Source: Octopus vulgaris (Eukaryota). From it: 64,000 bases of DNA. Positions within the stretch are counted from its first letter, which is position 1. The number at the start of each line of letters is the position of its first letter. The stretch is from assembly GCA_951406725.2 (NCBI GenBank), contig OX597836.1, positions 15,438,001-15,502,000 of the forward strand, given 5' to 3'. Under the pieces are notes generated by a model. The model saw only the letters and a program-made list of their open reading frames with translations, did not search any database and had not been told where the DNA came from. Shown in pieces: positions 39,301 to 54,400 of this stretch. The translations under genes and the position numbers were made by a program.

Positions 39301-42300
39301 CACAAACATATATATAAAAATATACTTATTTTGATGCTATGGACTTAAAGACCATGTGCACACACATACACACACCAAACAAAAACGCCTCTGAAAGCCC
39401 CCACAAACATACACAGATAAATATAGCAGTTACAAAAATCCCTATTGCTTATTGTATTTAGATTCTGAAGAAAGTCTTTCTTTTAAAAAAGACCCCCCCA
39501 AAAAAACTGTAGTAGAAGACACTTGCTCAAGGTGCCATGCAGTAGGATAGAACCCAAAACCACCACTAAAGAATTACCTACCTGTTCTTCGTCAATGGAA
39601 CAATCCAGTTTCCTGGTTTCAACAGATTCTGCCAAAAGTTTCCAATCGGTTGGCCCTTCATGAAGATCTCGGTAACCGAGTTTCACTTCCATTTCCAGCG
39701 TGGCATTTTCCACTATACAAAGGATATAGTAACAATTACATATTTAGTCATACTTGTCTAGCAAATGATTTCATCTGAGACTGGGTGTCGAGAAACTAAA
39801 GCAATTACAGCAAGACAGACTCATTCTAGCCATACAGAAACTATTAGTTTTAACTTCCCTTTATCATTTACAAGCAGTATAGCCCGGCATTGCTCGGGTT
39901 TGTTTCGACCCTTTAGAATAAGAATTTTTGAAAAGTAAAGATTTTGCATTATGTAGCTTGTTATTCTCTTTGAGTGAACAATTTTCTGGTTGAAATACAC
40001 CGAAAAATGGTGACACAGCAGTAAAAAAAATCGTAAAAAAAAAAAGGTTTTCATAGTAAAAAACCCCCACTCAGAACTTCTTTTTTAAGCCTGCTACTTA
40101 TTTTAATGGTCTCTTGCCGGACTATTAAGTTATCGGGACATAAATACACCAACACTGGTTATCAAGTGGTGATGTGGGGTGGGGGACACAGACACATATA
40201 AACGATGGGCTTCTTTCAGTTTCCAAATACCAAATCTACTCACAAGTCTCTGGTTGGCCTGAGGCTATATATATATTTAAGGCACATGGCTCAGTAGTTA
40301 TATATACATATATATACGATGGGCTTCTTTCGGTTTCGGTCTACCAAAATAATTTTTGGTCTTAACATGGTCTGATTTGAATTTTTTCTTCTATGGAATG
40401 AAGATGAGGAAAATGAGATGAGGAAACTGAAGCAGAAGATGGAGAAAGATTAATACAATGGATAGATAAATCTTAATACTTACACATAGGGTGGTTTTCA
40501 TCATAAGCAATCTCTAACTGCAGTACTGCTATGATATTCTGAAACCAGCGGGACATGTCAAGTTGCTTGCCGCCTTTTGGACCAGGGATCCAGAAAGTGA
40601 AGACAATCTGGTTTGGAGAAATCTGCTCTGTGATGACCTTGGGATCGTCAAAAGTCGACAATGACTGGCAGCTTTCAGACTCTCCTCTTGGGATAAACCA
40701 TTGCTTTTTATGGGCATGCCGCCCACGATCAATGCACTTTGTTCCCAGAATTGTCTGAACATGTGATGGCGCCGGTGCTGAAAAATACGAAAAAATTTTT
40801 TTATTCATAAAGGAAGAAAGGAAAAGAGTTTAAAGTTAAGAAGAGTATTATAGTTTGCTTGAAGCATTGTAGGATAGAAATAGAATAATAAACATAAAAA
40901 AGGAAAACTTCTAACAATGCAGAGATGAAAGAAAAACCATATATTTCGGGCGCAAAAGCCCATCTTCAGAAAAATACAAAGAAATGATATCTACATAGAT
41001 CCTGCCATTTGGACAGCCAAACAGGCCCAGAAGGCAGGAGGGGCTATGAAGATACACAACACCTGTTTCTTGGACTGTTTCCTTCTGAAGATGGGCCTTT
41101 GCACCTAAAATACATATAAAGGTTTTGCAACTTTTCACTCTGCACTGTGGGCATATGGCGTAGTGGTTAAGTAGTTGGGAAGTTGGGATTAATGTGGATA
41201 AATAATGATTTTATTTGACAGAACAATCTGAACTAATGGCACCTGTGAATACTTTACGGAATTAATGGTTAACTTATTGGGTTATTTCTGAAAACTTTAT
41301 CCTAAAAACCTGAAAGCCTGTGTTATATCTGTATCAAAAGATAGTTGCTTATCTGCTAATCATTGAAAAATTAAGGAAATTGGAATACAATGATTACTTA
41401 ATGCACTTTATATATACTCTTCATATACTTTATGTACATTTTTATAGACTTCGCATGGCTCAGTGGTTAGAGCGTCGAGCTTACGATCGTGAGATTGTGA
41501 GCTCGAATCCCGGACCGGGCTGCGTGTTGTGTTCTCAAGCAAGACACTTTATTTCACGTCGCTCCAGTTCACTCAGCTGTAGAAATGAGTTGCAACGTCA
41601 CTGGTGCCAAGCTGTATCGACCTTTGTCTTTCCCTTGGATAACACTGGTGGCGTGGAGAGGGGAGGCTGGTATGCATGGGCGACTGCTGGTCTTCCATAA
41701 ACAACCTTGCCCGGACTTGTGTCTAGGAGGGTAACTTTCTAGGTGCAATCCCATGGTCATTCATGACCGAAGGGGGTCTTTACCTTTACACAACACTCTC
41801 CTTTTTATTTTGCACTTTGCCTTTCCCTTCAACTAATCATGTGAAAGCATTATAGACAGGTTAGGTAACAGATGAAAAAAAATTATCTAAAAAAGAAAAA
41901 AGATTGCACATTTCACTCATCACCTCTCCCTCCCCTTATCTTGCCTTGCCTCTCCACTCCCCTTCATTCCCCCCCCCCCCCCACTTCAACTAATTACATG
42001 GAAGCATTACGGAGGGGCTACGCAAGGGAGTGACAAGCAGAATTATTTATAAGATGTTAAAGGGCCAACCAAGTAGACCTCTGATCACCAGGGTCAATTT
42101 AGTATATTAGAGGACCTCACCACCCGACTGCACCCCCCACCCCGTGCCGGTGGCACGTAAAAGCACCCACTACTCTCTTGGAGTGGTTGGCGTGTTAGGA
42201 AGGGCATCCAGCTGTAGAAACACTGCTAGATCAAGACTGGAGCCTGGTGCAGCCTTCTGGTTCGTGCAAGGAAAGTGGACATTAACCCTTTAGCATTCAG

Positions 42301-42516
42301 ATTACCCTGTCAGATGTAAAGCCCGTTTAATTAATTATTACATTGTTTTAAATTAATTGTACAGCATCTTGTAACTCTGAGATTTTGATGATGTCCCTAT
42401 TTATTTTTAGAATGACTTTGTAGGGTAGGTGGGAAAGGTCAGAGCTGGCTGGTTTGAGCATAAAACAGGAAGACAATTTTGGCCTGGTATGGCCAGTTTA
42501 AACACTAAAGGGTTAA

Positions 42517-42568
<52 letters not shown>

Positions 42569-42982
42569 GATGAGTATACAGGAGCAAATTATCAACTGTG
42601 TCCTTCAACCTTTCACTAGAAAGAGAATTGGCTGCTATTTCTGGTGCACAGAGGGGACTTTGTAGGGAATCCGACATTGGCTCAATACTGAGGAGGCCAA
42701 AGAGACAGAAAGAAGAGACGTAATAAAGACTTATTTGTACATATTAGGACTGTGTAAGTACATACGAGTGTGTGAGGGTGCATAGAAAAGAGAGTTTTTC
42801 TGTCAATTATTAGAAGCTTTGATCATCAAACTGATACAAATATATATATATACGCACATGCTATATATGTATGTGTGTGTGTGTGGCTGCACACACAAAC
42901 CAACTGCTCACATCTGTTTTCCACTATTAATTTCCTCTGCCGATAGGGTTCTGTGTTTGTCTCGTGTTTACTTTGATAACAA

Positions 42983-43031
<49 letters not shown>

Positions 43032-43175
43032 CATACATATGTATATCTATATATATATGTGTGTGTATATATATATATATATACATACATACATACATAT
43101 ATCTATATATATGTGTGTATATGTATATATATATATATATACATACATACATACATATGTATATCTATATATATA

Positions 43176-43261
<86 letters not shown>

Positions 43262-45891
43262 TATTATATATATATAGGGTGTTACAAATTCACCACCAGA
43301 ACAACAGGTGTTCGTAATAGTTCTGGAAATTGGCAGAAGCGTTTTGGAAGAAGTGAAGAAAGGGAACAGCAGGGGTAAAAAAAGCTTAAGTGGAAACACA
43401 AGTGTTTGCATTGATGTTACTTTCTTTTTAATGTTATTATTAGTAGTGTTGGAGGCAACAGAATGATCGCAGTAGTGGTGGTGGTGGTGGTGGTAGTGGC
43501 GGAGGAGCTGATAACAGTTATAGCTATGATGGTAGTGGTTACACCGGTGTAAGGGTGGGGCGTTGTAGTTGATGTGGTTGTAATACGGAGCTGATATGAC
43601 AGATTATACACAAAGCAGAATTAAACCAAACCATTTGCTGCTGCTGTCTTGTATCTTTTACCTGTTTCAGTCATTAAACTGTGGCCATGCCGGGGCACTG
43701 TCTTGAATTTTTAGTCAAATGAATCGACCCCCCCCCCCCGCCCAACTCGGGACTTCTTTTTTTAAGCCTGCTGCTTATTTTAATGGTCTCTTGCCGGACT
43801 ATTAAGTTATGGGGACGTAAATACACCAACACTGGTTATCAAGTGGTGATGTGGGGGGGGGGGGGAGGGGCATAGACACACACACATATATATATACACG
43901 GTGGGGTTCTTTCAGTTTCCATCTACCAAATCTACTCATGAGGCTTTGGTTGGCCTGAGGCTATATATACATATACACATATATACATACACATATATAT
44001 ATGTACACATATATATACACCCACAAGCTTAGCACTTAATCTATCGGTCTCTTTTGCCAAACCGCTAAGTTACGAGAATGTAAACACACCAGCATCGGTT
44101 GTCAAGTAATGTCGGGGGCACAAACACAGACACACAAACCTATACACACACAAATACATATATATACATATATACGACGGGCTTCTTTCAGTTTCCGTCT
44201 TCCAAATCCACTCACAAGGCTTTGGTTAGCCCTGAGGCTATAGTAAAAGACCTTTGCCCAAGGTGTCACGTAGTGGGATTGAACCCGGAACCATGTGGTT
44301 GGTAAGCAAGCTACTCACCACACAGCCATTCTTACGCCTGTTAATTTTTTAGAATGATATTATATGGTTGGTGTGAGAAACCAGATTAAAAGAGGTAGAA
44401 TATTTTGACCAGATATGGCTTGTTTAAATGCTAAAGGGTCAAACTGACCATGGTTCTTGGTCTCAAGAATTTGTCTTATGAAGAAAGGCTGAAGACGCTC
44501 GACCTTTATTCTCTAGAAAAACGACGACGCCGTGGTGATCTCATTCTCGCTCACAACATCATAAGTGGAAAGTGTAACCTCTCGAAAGAGCTGTTCTTCA
44601 CTCCTGCTCCAGAGCGTCGGCTGCGGAGTCACTCTGAAAAGCTCTATCTGCGACAATTTCGTCTCACTCGAAGGAGAGGGGCTTTCTCCGTCCGGGTTGC
44701 GGATCCGTGGAATAAGCTGCCGGACGAGATGGTGAAGATGCCGACGACCGCTCGGTTCAAAGTCTCCCTTGACCACAAGTGGCCTGAACTCTTTACATGA
44801 ACACCATCCTGTACATAACTCCATGTCCCCCTACATGGCCTTGCTTTTTGCTTTTTGAGCCAAAAAATTAACTAACTAACTAACTAACTACATATCTGGT
44901 CAAACCTGCTAGATCCAGTCTCTCACATCTGCTCTATGATATCATTCTAAAACTAAATAATTGCATCATTGAAATCTCAAAGCTACAAAATGATGCATGA
45001 TTAATTCAAAACCGTGTGAATAATAAACTTTACATCGAGCAAAGCAATTTGAACGATAAAGGGTTTTTAAAAAATGGGTGGGGCATTGTCCTTCTTAGTG
45101 CAAGTTTGGAACTACTCGTCTGTTATTTCTAGCAGGCTGAGAAACCACATAGTCCGTTATGTGGGGTGGTTGGTATTAGAAAGTGCATCTTAGCCATAAG
45201 AAAGAACCATACCCAAGCAGACAGTGGAAGCCCAGTGCAGTCTTCTGTGTAGCCAGCTCCTGTCAAACCATTCTACCCTTACCAACATAGAAAACCCGAC
45301 ATTAAATGATGATGATGATGATGATGATGACTGTCTCCATTATTGACTCATACAGTCACTATAGGAATGGAACTGAGTCAAGAAAGGTGTGTGTTGTCTT
45401 TGATGGCCTAACCAGTTCAATTCACAGTTATTAGACAGATTGCTTACTGTATTTGCATTTCAAACACCACTACCACTACCACTGCCACCTCTGGTTCCAC
45501 CCTGAGTCACAGAGTACATAGCACTGTGTGATATAGTTGGTATATAATAGGTATTGTGTGTGTGTGTATGGGGGGGCATTAAAGGTAGTCAAGCATGTTT
45601 ATATATAAATTGAATATATATATATATAAATTAAATATATAAATATATACAAATTAAATATATTGAATATATGTATATATTAAATATATATATATATATA
45701 TAAATTAAGTATATATATAAACTGAATATATGTGTGTGTGTGTATGTGGTATGTAGCTTGCTTACCAACCACATGGTTCCAGGTTCATTCCCACTGCCTG
45801 GCACCTTGGGCAAGTGTCTTCTACTAGAGCTTCGGGCTGACCAAAGCCTTGTGAGTGGGTTTGGTAGAGGGAAACTGAAAGAAGCCTCTCG

Positions 45892-45924
<33 letters not shown>

Positions 45925-48900
45925 TTGTGTTTGTCCCCCCAACATTGCTTGACAACCGATGCTGGTGTGTTTACGTCCCCTGTAACTTAGCGGTTCGGCA
46001 AAAGAGACCGAAAGAATAAGTACTGGGCTTACAAAGAATAAGTCCCGGGGTCGATTTGCTCGACTAAAGGTGGTGCTCCAGCATGGCCGCAGTCAAATGA
46101 CTGAAACAAGTAAAAGAATAAAAGAGTATATATATAAATTAAATATATATATAAACTGAATATATGTGTGTGTGTTTATGTGTGGTATGTAGCTTGCTTA
46201 CCAACCACATGGTTCCAGGTTCATTCCCACTGCATGGCACCTTGGGCAAGTGTCTTATACTATAGCTTCGGGCCGACCAAAGCCTTGTGAGTGGGTTTGG
46301 TAGACGGAAACTGAAAGAAGCCTGTCATATATATATATATGTATGTGTGTGTATATGTTTGTGTGTCTGTGTTTGTCGCTCCAACGTCGCTTGACAACCA
46401 ATGCTGGTGTGTTTACGTCCCCTGTAAGTTAGCAGTTTGGCAAAACAGACCGATAGAATAAGTACAAGGCACCCACAGAATAAATTCTGGGGTCGATTTG
46501 CTCGACTAAAGGCGGTGCTCCAGCATGACCGCAGTCAAATGACTGAAACAAGTAAAAGAGTAACACAGCTTCCTACTCTTCTTTTTTTATTTTTTCCTTA
46601 CTACAACCTAGGATCAACCTCAACATTTCTTGGTGGAAATATGTAGATCACAAAAAAAAAAAAAAAAAATGTATGACAAGTGAACGGTTAAGAAATTCTT
46701 CTTTGCAATCACGAGGTCTCAGGTCCTGTTCTACTGCAAGCCATCTTTGGCAAGTGTGATTTTTAGTGGGGTTTTTTCGCTATACTCTCGAGTCAACACA
46801 CAACTTTATGAGTGAAACTGGATAGACTAAATCTGTACAAAAATCCCTTCACTCCAACCATGTCACACACTGTACCAATGATTCTGCCCAAGAGTTACAT
46901 TAAGAGTACATGTGGCTATGGAATACTCAACCACTTCATGTGTTTACTCAATGACCAGGTAGTTCAATTAGTCAAACAAATGAATACACATCATTGATGA
47001 CCAACAGGTATATATATATATTGATTTACTTACTTTATTGCCTGACCTCATAGGAATACCTGCGGTCAATTTGCTCGACTAAAAGGCGGTGCTCCAGCAT
47101 GGCCACAGTCAAATGACTGAAACAAGTAAGACAGTATTTGGTCTTGGATTGTCATCAACCCTTTTTATACCAACCCACCTCTATGATATAAAACTTCCTG
47201 TTCTTAATAATCCTGAGACAACAGAAATGTGGAAACCACAGGGATGTATGACTCCATCGGTCTATATCTGTGACTCACCAGAGATTAATCTTAGTTCTAT
47301 GATACAAACATCCTGTTTCAAACTGATCTGAAATAAAATCTTAACTGAAACTAATGCAGGGTATTTCAACAGGAATATGGTAATAAAAGGGTTAAATATC
47401 AATCTGTGCATTCTATGACTCACCTAAGACTGACTGTCCTTTAGTTCTAACACCTTGATTCAAAGTGTTCTAAATTAAAACCTTCCATCATAAATTTATG
47501 CTAATTTATGTTAATTTATGTTCCAAATGCCAGCTTAATAACAACCAAGCTATTTTACTAAATTCTCCGTTGCTTTTGAAATTAAATTGAAATAAACGCA
47601 ATGTATTTCATTAGAAATACAAGAATGAAAGGGTTTAACCCTTTTGATACCAACCTGCTTGAAACTGCCCCCTGGTTCTATGATGCAAACCAGAGGCAGA
47701 ATGTTTCAATGGAAATTTGGTAACAAAAGGATTAGACTGATCTAAATTAAAACCTAACAGAATTTCATACTAATTTATACTGTTACTCTTTTACTCGGCT
47801 CAGTCATTTGACTGTGGCCATGCTGGAGCACCGCCTTTAGTTGATTGAGCAAAATCGACCCCAGGACTTATTCTTTGTAGATAGTCATAATATGATACAA
47901 ACATGACAAATGTATCTAGGACTACATTACTCAATGGTATCCAATGACAGTTATTTTACTCATGTCACACCACCTTCTGGCGAGTGACCTGAACATCTGA
48001 TGACCATCCTGTGAATTTGTTCTCACAGGACAAATGTATCTAGGACTACATTACTCAATGTATACTGTTTTTTTAGACAGCATATGATTTGGCTGCTGCT
48101 TTTAAAACATCGTGTAACCACACTGTCACATAAATCAGACAGCCGTTACAGCTTAGCCCTAGGTCAGCTGTGATCAAACAGACATATAATCAAAGGTTTT
48201 CCAACCGTGACCATCCCATTTTTTCTGTACTCACAAAGCAATCTCAGCACGTGTCCTGTTTTTGTAAGACTGTGGGAAAAAGTCACTAGAGGAAAATGTG
48301 GCTGTTATTTCCAACAAGCCAGGCGATCAAGTACAAGTTCCTGTATCACGGGCTTGAAGACCAGATTGATATGAGGTTGATTTGGCTGCTATTTTTAACA
48401 GGTCTAGTGATCATGTTAGAGGCCCTTTAATTGATTTTAAAATTTGGGACAAGGCCAGCAATTGGGATGGGGAGGGGGTAAGTCGATTAAATTGATCCCG
48501 GTTCTCAACTGGTATTTCGGATGAAAGGCAAAGTCGACCTCGGCAGCATTTGAACTCAGAACGTAAAGATGGACAAAGGTAACGATTCTGCCAACTCACC
48601 GCCCTTGGAGAATCTTTTTATTAACATGACGAAAAGAATGCGTAAAAATTAACAGGTGGGTGAAAGCGAGAGAGAGAGATGGGGAAGGAGAGAGAAAGCG
48701 GCAGAGGGAGAGAAAAGGAGGGAGCTGTAGGAAGAGAGAGAAAGAAACAGAGAGGGGAGAGAGGAACGAGAATGATAGGGGAGATAAGGGAGAGAGGAAA
48801 GTGAGAGGAAGAGAGAAAGATAGAGAGAGAGTGAGAAATATAAAAGAGAAGGGAGAGAAAGGAAGAAGAGAGGGTGAGAGAGAGGAGAGGGTGCTACGTT

Positions 48901-50100
48901 AGATTTTTTCCATTCACAGAAAAGCCTAGAAAGAATGTTGCCTGCTGCAGGAAGGAATTGGATTGGCGCCAAGGGCTGGTTGAGACTACTGGATTAAGTT
49001 CGCAAAAAAATGATTAAAAAAAAAAAACATGGCTTATATGAAAAGGGACTACAGTAGCTTTATAGGTTGAGGAAGTAAATATAGTAAATATAGACAGACG
49101 GGAACGATAGAAGTGGAGCTATGTGTGTCTGTATATGTATGTGTGAATGTGTGTAAGTGTGTGTGTGTTTGAGAGAGAAAGGGAGAGAGAGGGCAAAATG
49201 TGTGTCGAGGGTGCGGTGTGGCTTCAAGAAGGCATCAATGGTTACTAGCAAACAAACCTGGATTAGAATACACTTAAGAACATGTCATTCTGGTGAGCGT
49301 GAATGTGTGTGTGTGTGTACGTACTTACTCTTTTACTTGTTTCAGTCATTTGACTGCGGCCATGCTGGAGCACCGCCTTTAGTCGAGCAAATCGACCCCG
49401 GGACTTATTCTTTTTGTAAGCCCAGTACTTATTCTATCGGTCTTCTTTTGTCGAACCGCTAAGTAACGGGGACGTAAACACACCAGCAATGCTAGGGGGA
49501 CAAACATATACACACACATACATACATACATACATATATATATATACATACATATATACGACAGGGTTCTTTCAGTTTCCGTCTACCAAATCCACTCACA
49601 AGACTTTGGTCGGCCCGAGGCTGTAGCAGAAGACACTTGCCCAAGATGCCACGCAGTGGGACTGAACCCGGAATCATGTGGTTGGTAAGCAAGCTAGTTA
49701 CCACACAGCCACTCCTGCGCCCGTCCGGGTTGCGGATCCGTGGAACAAGCTGCCAGACGAGATGGTGAAGATGCCGACGACCGCTTTGTTCAAAGCCTCC
49801 CTTGACCTCAAGTGGCCTGAACTCTTTACATGAACACCACCCTGTACTTAACTCCATGTCCCCCTACATGGCCTTGCTATTTGCTTTTGAGCCTAACTAA
49901 CTAACTAACTAACTAACTATCAATTAATGAATGACAAAAGAACAGCTTACGGTCGTTTCTGCTACGACAAGCAGTGCTTTCAGAGCTGAGTGCTTCAAAG
50001 CATCAGTATATTGAATTCTGACAATTGGTTATTTATAATTGTCAAGCGGTGTTGAGTGTGGGGGGGGGAAAGACACACAAACATATACACGCATACATAC

Positions 50101-50153
<53 letters not shown>

Positions 50154-51377
50154 CATGTACATATATACGATGTGCTTCTTTCAGTTTCCGTATACCAAAT
50201 CCATTCACAAGGCTTTGGTTGGCCCGGGGTTATAGTAGAAGACACCTGCCCAACCCATGTAAGTATGGAATAACAGATGTTAATATAATGATGAAGATGA
50301 TATGTATGCATATTATGTGTGTATGTATATGTTTGCGTTTCCTTGCCTTAAGATAATTGTAAACAAGCATCACCCTCTTACAAGCAGTGTCATTTGATTC
50401 CAATCTGCTGTGTAAACATGTCTAGCCATGGGGAAGTATTACGTTGCTTGGAAATGGGTGAGGGTTGGCAACAAGAAGAGCATTGGGCCACAGAAAATCT
50501 TCATAAACGCTGTTACTTGTGAAGACCTTAAACGCTGTTACTTCTGAGGCAAGTGAAAATCAAAATCGAAATCGATCAACATCAATGGAAATTGTAGCTG
50601 TGATACCAGTGTCGGTGGCACGTGAGAGAACCATCCAAAAGTGGCCATTGCCAGCGCCGCCCCTACTGGCCTCCGTGCCGGTGGCACGTAAAAAGCACCA
50701 TCCGATCGTGGCCGTTCGCCAGCCTCGTCTGGCACCAGTGCACATGGCACGTAAAAAGCACCCACTACACTCACGGAGTAGTTGGCGCTAGGAAGGACAT
50801 CCAGCTGTAGAAACACTGCCAGATCAGACTGGGCCTGGCGCAGCCTTCTGGCTTCCCAGACCCTGGTCGAAGCGTCCAACCCATGCTAGCATGGAAAATG
50901 TACGTTAAACGATGATGATGATGATGATGAAATTCCATCTGAGCTATGCAAGCAAGGAAAGGTGGATGTTAAAATGATGACAATGATATGATTGATTAAT
51001 TGGGATTGTCAACAGCAATCAGACTGTTGCAATGACAATAAAACTGAAGCTGTTCACTGCAACTGTCAAATCAGTGCTTATTATACGGTGATAAAACATG
51101 GACACTGACAAAGAAATCATCAAACAGGCTAAATGGATACTACGAATGACCCTAAATGTGGAATGGCAGCAACATATGACAAATGAATGCCTTTATGGAA
51201 ACCTGCTGAAAGTTAGCCAGAAGAACTGTGTGGTAAGTAGCTTGTTTACCAACCACATGGTTCCGGGTTCAGTCCCAGTGTGTGGCACCTTGGGCAAGTG
51301 TCTTCTATTATAGCCTCGGGCCGACCAAAGCTTTGTGAATGGATTTGGTAGACGGAAACTGAAAGAAGCCTGTCGTA

Positions 51378-51411
<34 letters not shown>

Positions 51412-54400
51412 ACCAAAAAATAAGCAACAAGAATGGATCCGGTAATTTAGTACAATTGTTTCATACTATAACAATTTATTAAAGCTGCAAATATTACAGC
51501 AAATATAATATGTCAAGTAATCTTCAGCTAATTTCATATAGGTTTTCCAATAATGTAAAGTTCTCAAATCAATTAGTAACATCTTAGAGAGTGGAAATAT
51601 ACCAATAAAGTTGTAGATGTGAGTTTCAGGAACTTGAAGCAAGATGCCAAGCAAACCAAGATTGAGTTCATATATGCTTTCCAACAATGTAAAGTTCTCA
51701 AATTAATTAGTGACATCCCAAAGAAGGTAAATATACTGATAAAGTTGTGGATATAAATTTCAGGAAACATGAAGGAAGATGCCAGTCAGACCCCGATTAA
51801 GTTTGCATCTAACTGTTGCAAGAAAAAATGCCACTGTGTGGCACCTTGGGCAAGTTTCTTCTACTATAACCTCGGGCCAACCAAAGCCTTGTGAGTGGAT
51901 TTGGTAGACGGAAACTGAAAGGAGGTCCATCGTATATGCGTGTGTATATATATATATATATGTATGTGTGTGTTGTGTGTGTGTATGTTTGTGTGACTGT
52001 GTTTGTCCCTCTAGCATCGCTTGACAACCGATGCTGGTGTGTTTATGTCCCCATAACTTAGCAGTTCGGCAAAAGAGAACGATAGAATAAGTACTGGGAT
52101 TACAAAGAATAAGTCCTGGGGTCGATTTGCTTGACTAAAGGTGGTGCTTCAGCATGGCCGCAGTCAAATGACTGAAACAAGTAAAAGAGAGAAAACAGCC
52201 AGACACTAATGATAAGCATGTGTTTCCAAACAGTTTTAAGGAATTAGAATGAAGGTTCAGGTGTGGCAACAAGCTTGCTTCCCAACCACATGGTTCCAAG
52301 TTCAATCCCATTGTGTGGCATCTTTGGAAAGTGTCTTTCCCTATAGCCTCCAACCTACCAAAACCTAGTGAGTCAATTTAGTTGATGGAAACTGAAAAGA
52401 GCCCTTAATTTTGCAGCTTTAATAAAAAGAACAGACTCCACTGTTGCCAGAAACAACCTCACTTTCAATTTCCTTGCTAACTTTGAACTCCAGACCTTTC
52501 TCAATTTATGGCATGCGCCCCAGGCAAGAGCTTTCCTTGCTACGATGTCTTTTTCAGTACTTTGTGTCCATGCACCAAAGTATTTGAAATTTTCAACTAC
52601 CTTGAGCAACTTAACCATCTCTCATTTTCATTGACACAGGCATTTCCTGGTTGAATACTCGCAGCTCTGTTTTCTTTAAGCTACTGTACAATCCTCACTA
52701 AAGCATTGAAGAAGCAGTTGGACGGTTGTTATAGGAGGATGCTCAGAATGGCACTCAATGTCTCCTGGAAGAGTCATACAACAAATGCCGACTTATACCA
52801 GGGACTACCAAAAGTAAAATTGAAGACACAGCATAGAAGGATGAGGCTAGCTGGACACTGCATCGGACACAACGATGAAATTGCTAACAAGCTTGTGCTC
52901 TGGCAACCGACAGAAGGAAGAACCAGGAGAGGAAAGAAGAAGGCGATCTATATCGACCATTTGCTGGAGGATACTGGCATGGAAGGGGTACAGGAGCTGA
53001 GGACCATTATGGAAGATCGAGAAGAATGGGGGAAAACGTGTGGAAACAGTCTTGAGGCGTCCTAGGGGACAACCTAGATAGATAAATAAAAAGTCTATTA
53101 CTCTATCTTTGGTAGTCAAGTACTATTTTTTCCACCTTGTTTGGCACTTACGTGCTCCCCTGTGTGTGTGTGTGTCTGTGTCCCCCCACATCACTGCTTG
53201 ACAACCAGTGTTGCTATGTTAATACATCTCTGTAACTTAGCAATTCGGCAAAAGATATTGATAGAATAAGTACTAGGTTTAAAAAAAGTAAGTCCTGGGG
53301 TTGATTTGTTTGGCTAAAATCCTTCAAGGCGGTGCCCCAGCATGGCCACAGTCAAAGGACTGAAACAAGTAGAAGATAAGGTTTTGCTAGCTGTTTGCAT
53401 ACCAATTTTGTTTTAACAATTTTGTCCGAAGCCAAGCTTCAGGTCACACACATTCAAAAGATGTCAATTGACAGAAAGCTTAAAAGACTGTGAACATTTA
53501 ACAGAGCAGCGAATCCTGCCAATTTCACAAACCAAGCAATAATTCGATTCCATTTCCAATGCTATTTTCCACTCTATATCTTTTTATCTTTTATCTGTTT
53601 CATAGGACTGCAGACACGCTGGGGCACCGCCTTGAAGGGGTTGAACAAATCAATCCCAGTATTGACTTGTTCATGTCTACTCTCTCTCTCTCTCTTTTTA
53701 CTCTTTTACTTGTTTCAGTCATTTGACTGCGGCCATGCTGGAGCACCGCCTTTTTAGTCGAGACAATCGACCCCAGGACTTATTTTTTCTAAGCCTAGTA
53801 CTTATTCTATCGGTCTTCTTTTGCCGAACCACTAAGTTACGGGGACGCAAACACACCGGCATCGGTTGTCAAGCGATGTTGGGGGGGACAAACATAGACA
53901 CACAAACATACACACACACACACATATATATATATACATATACATATATACATATACATATATACGATGGGCTTCTTTCAGTTTCAGTCTAACGAATCCA
54001 CTCACAAGGCTTTGGTTGGCCCGAGGCTATAGTAGAAGACACTTGCCCAAAGTGCCACGCAGTGGGACTGAACCCGGAACCATGTGGTTGGTAAGCAAGC
54101 TACTTACCACACAGCCACTCCTGCGCCTTCATGTCTAGTATGTATTCATTCAATTTCTTTTGCTGAACTGCTAAGTTTCTGGGACATAAATTAACTGGTA
54201 CATATATATGTACTTATGTATGTGAAGGCGCAATGGCCCAGTAGTTAGGGTAGCGGACTCGTAGTCATAGGATCGCCGTTTCGATTCCCAAACTGGGCGT
54301 TGCGAATTTTTATTGAGTGAAAAGCACCTAAAGCTCCACGAGGCTCCAGCAGGGGGTGGTGGCGATCCCTGCTGTACTCTTTCGCCACAACTTTCTCTCA

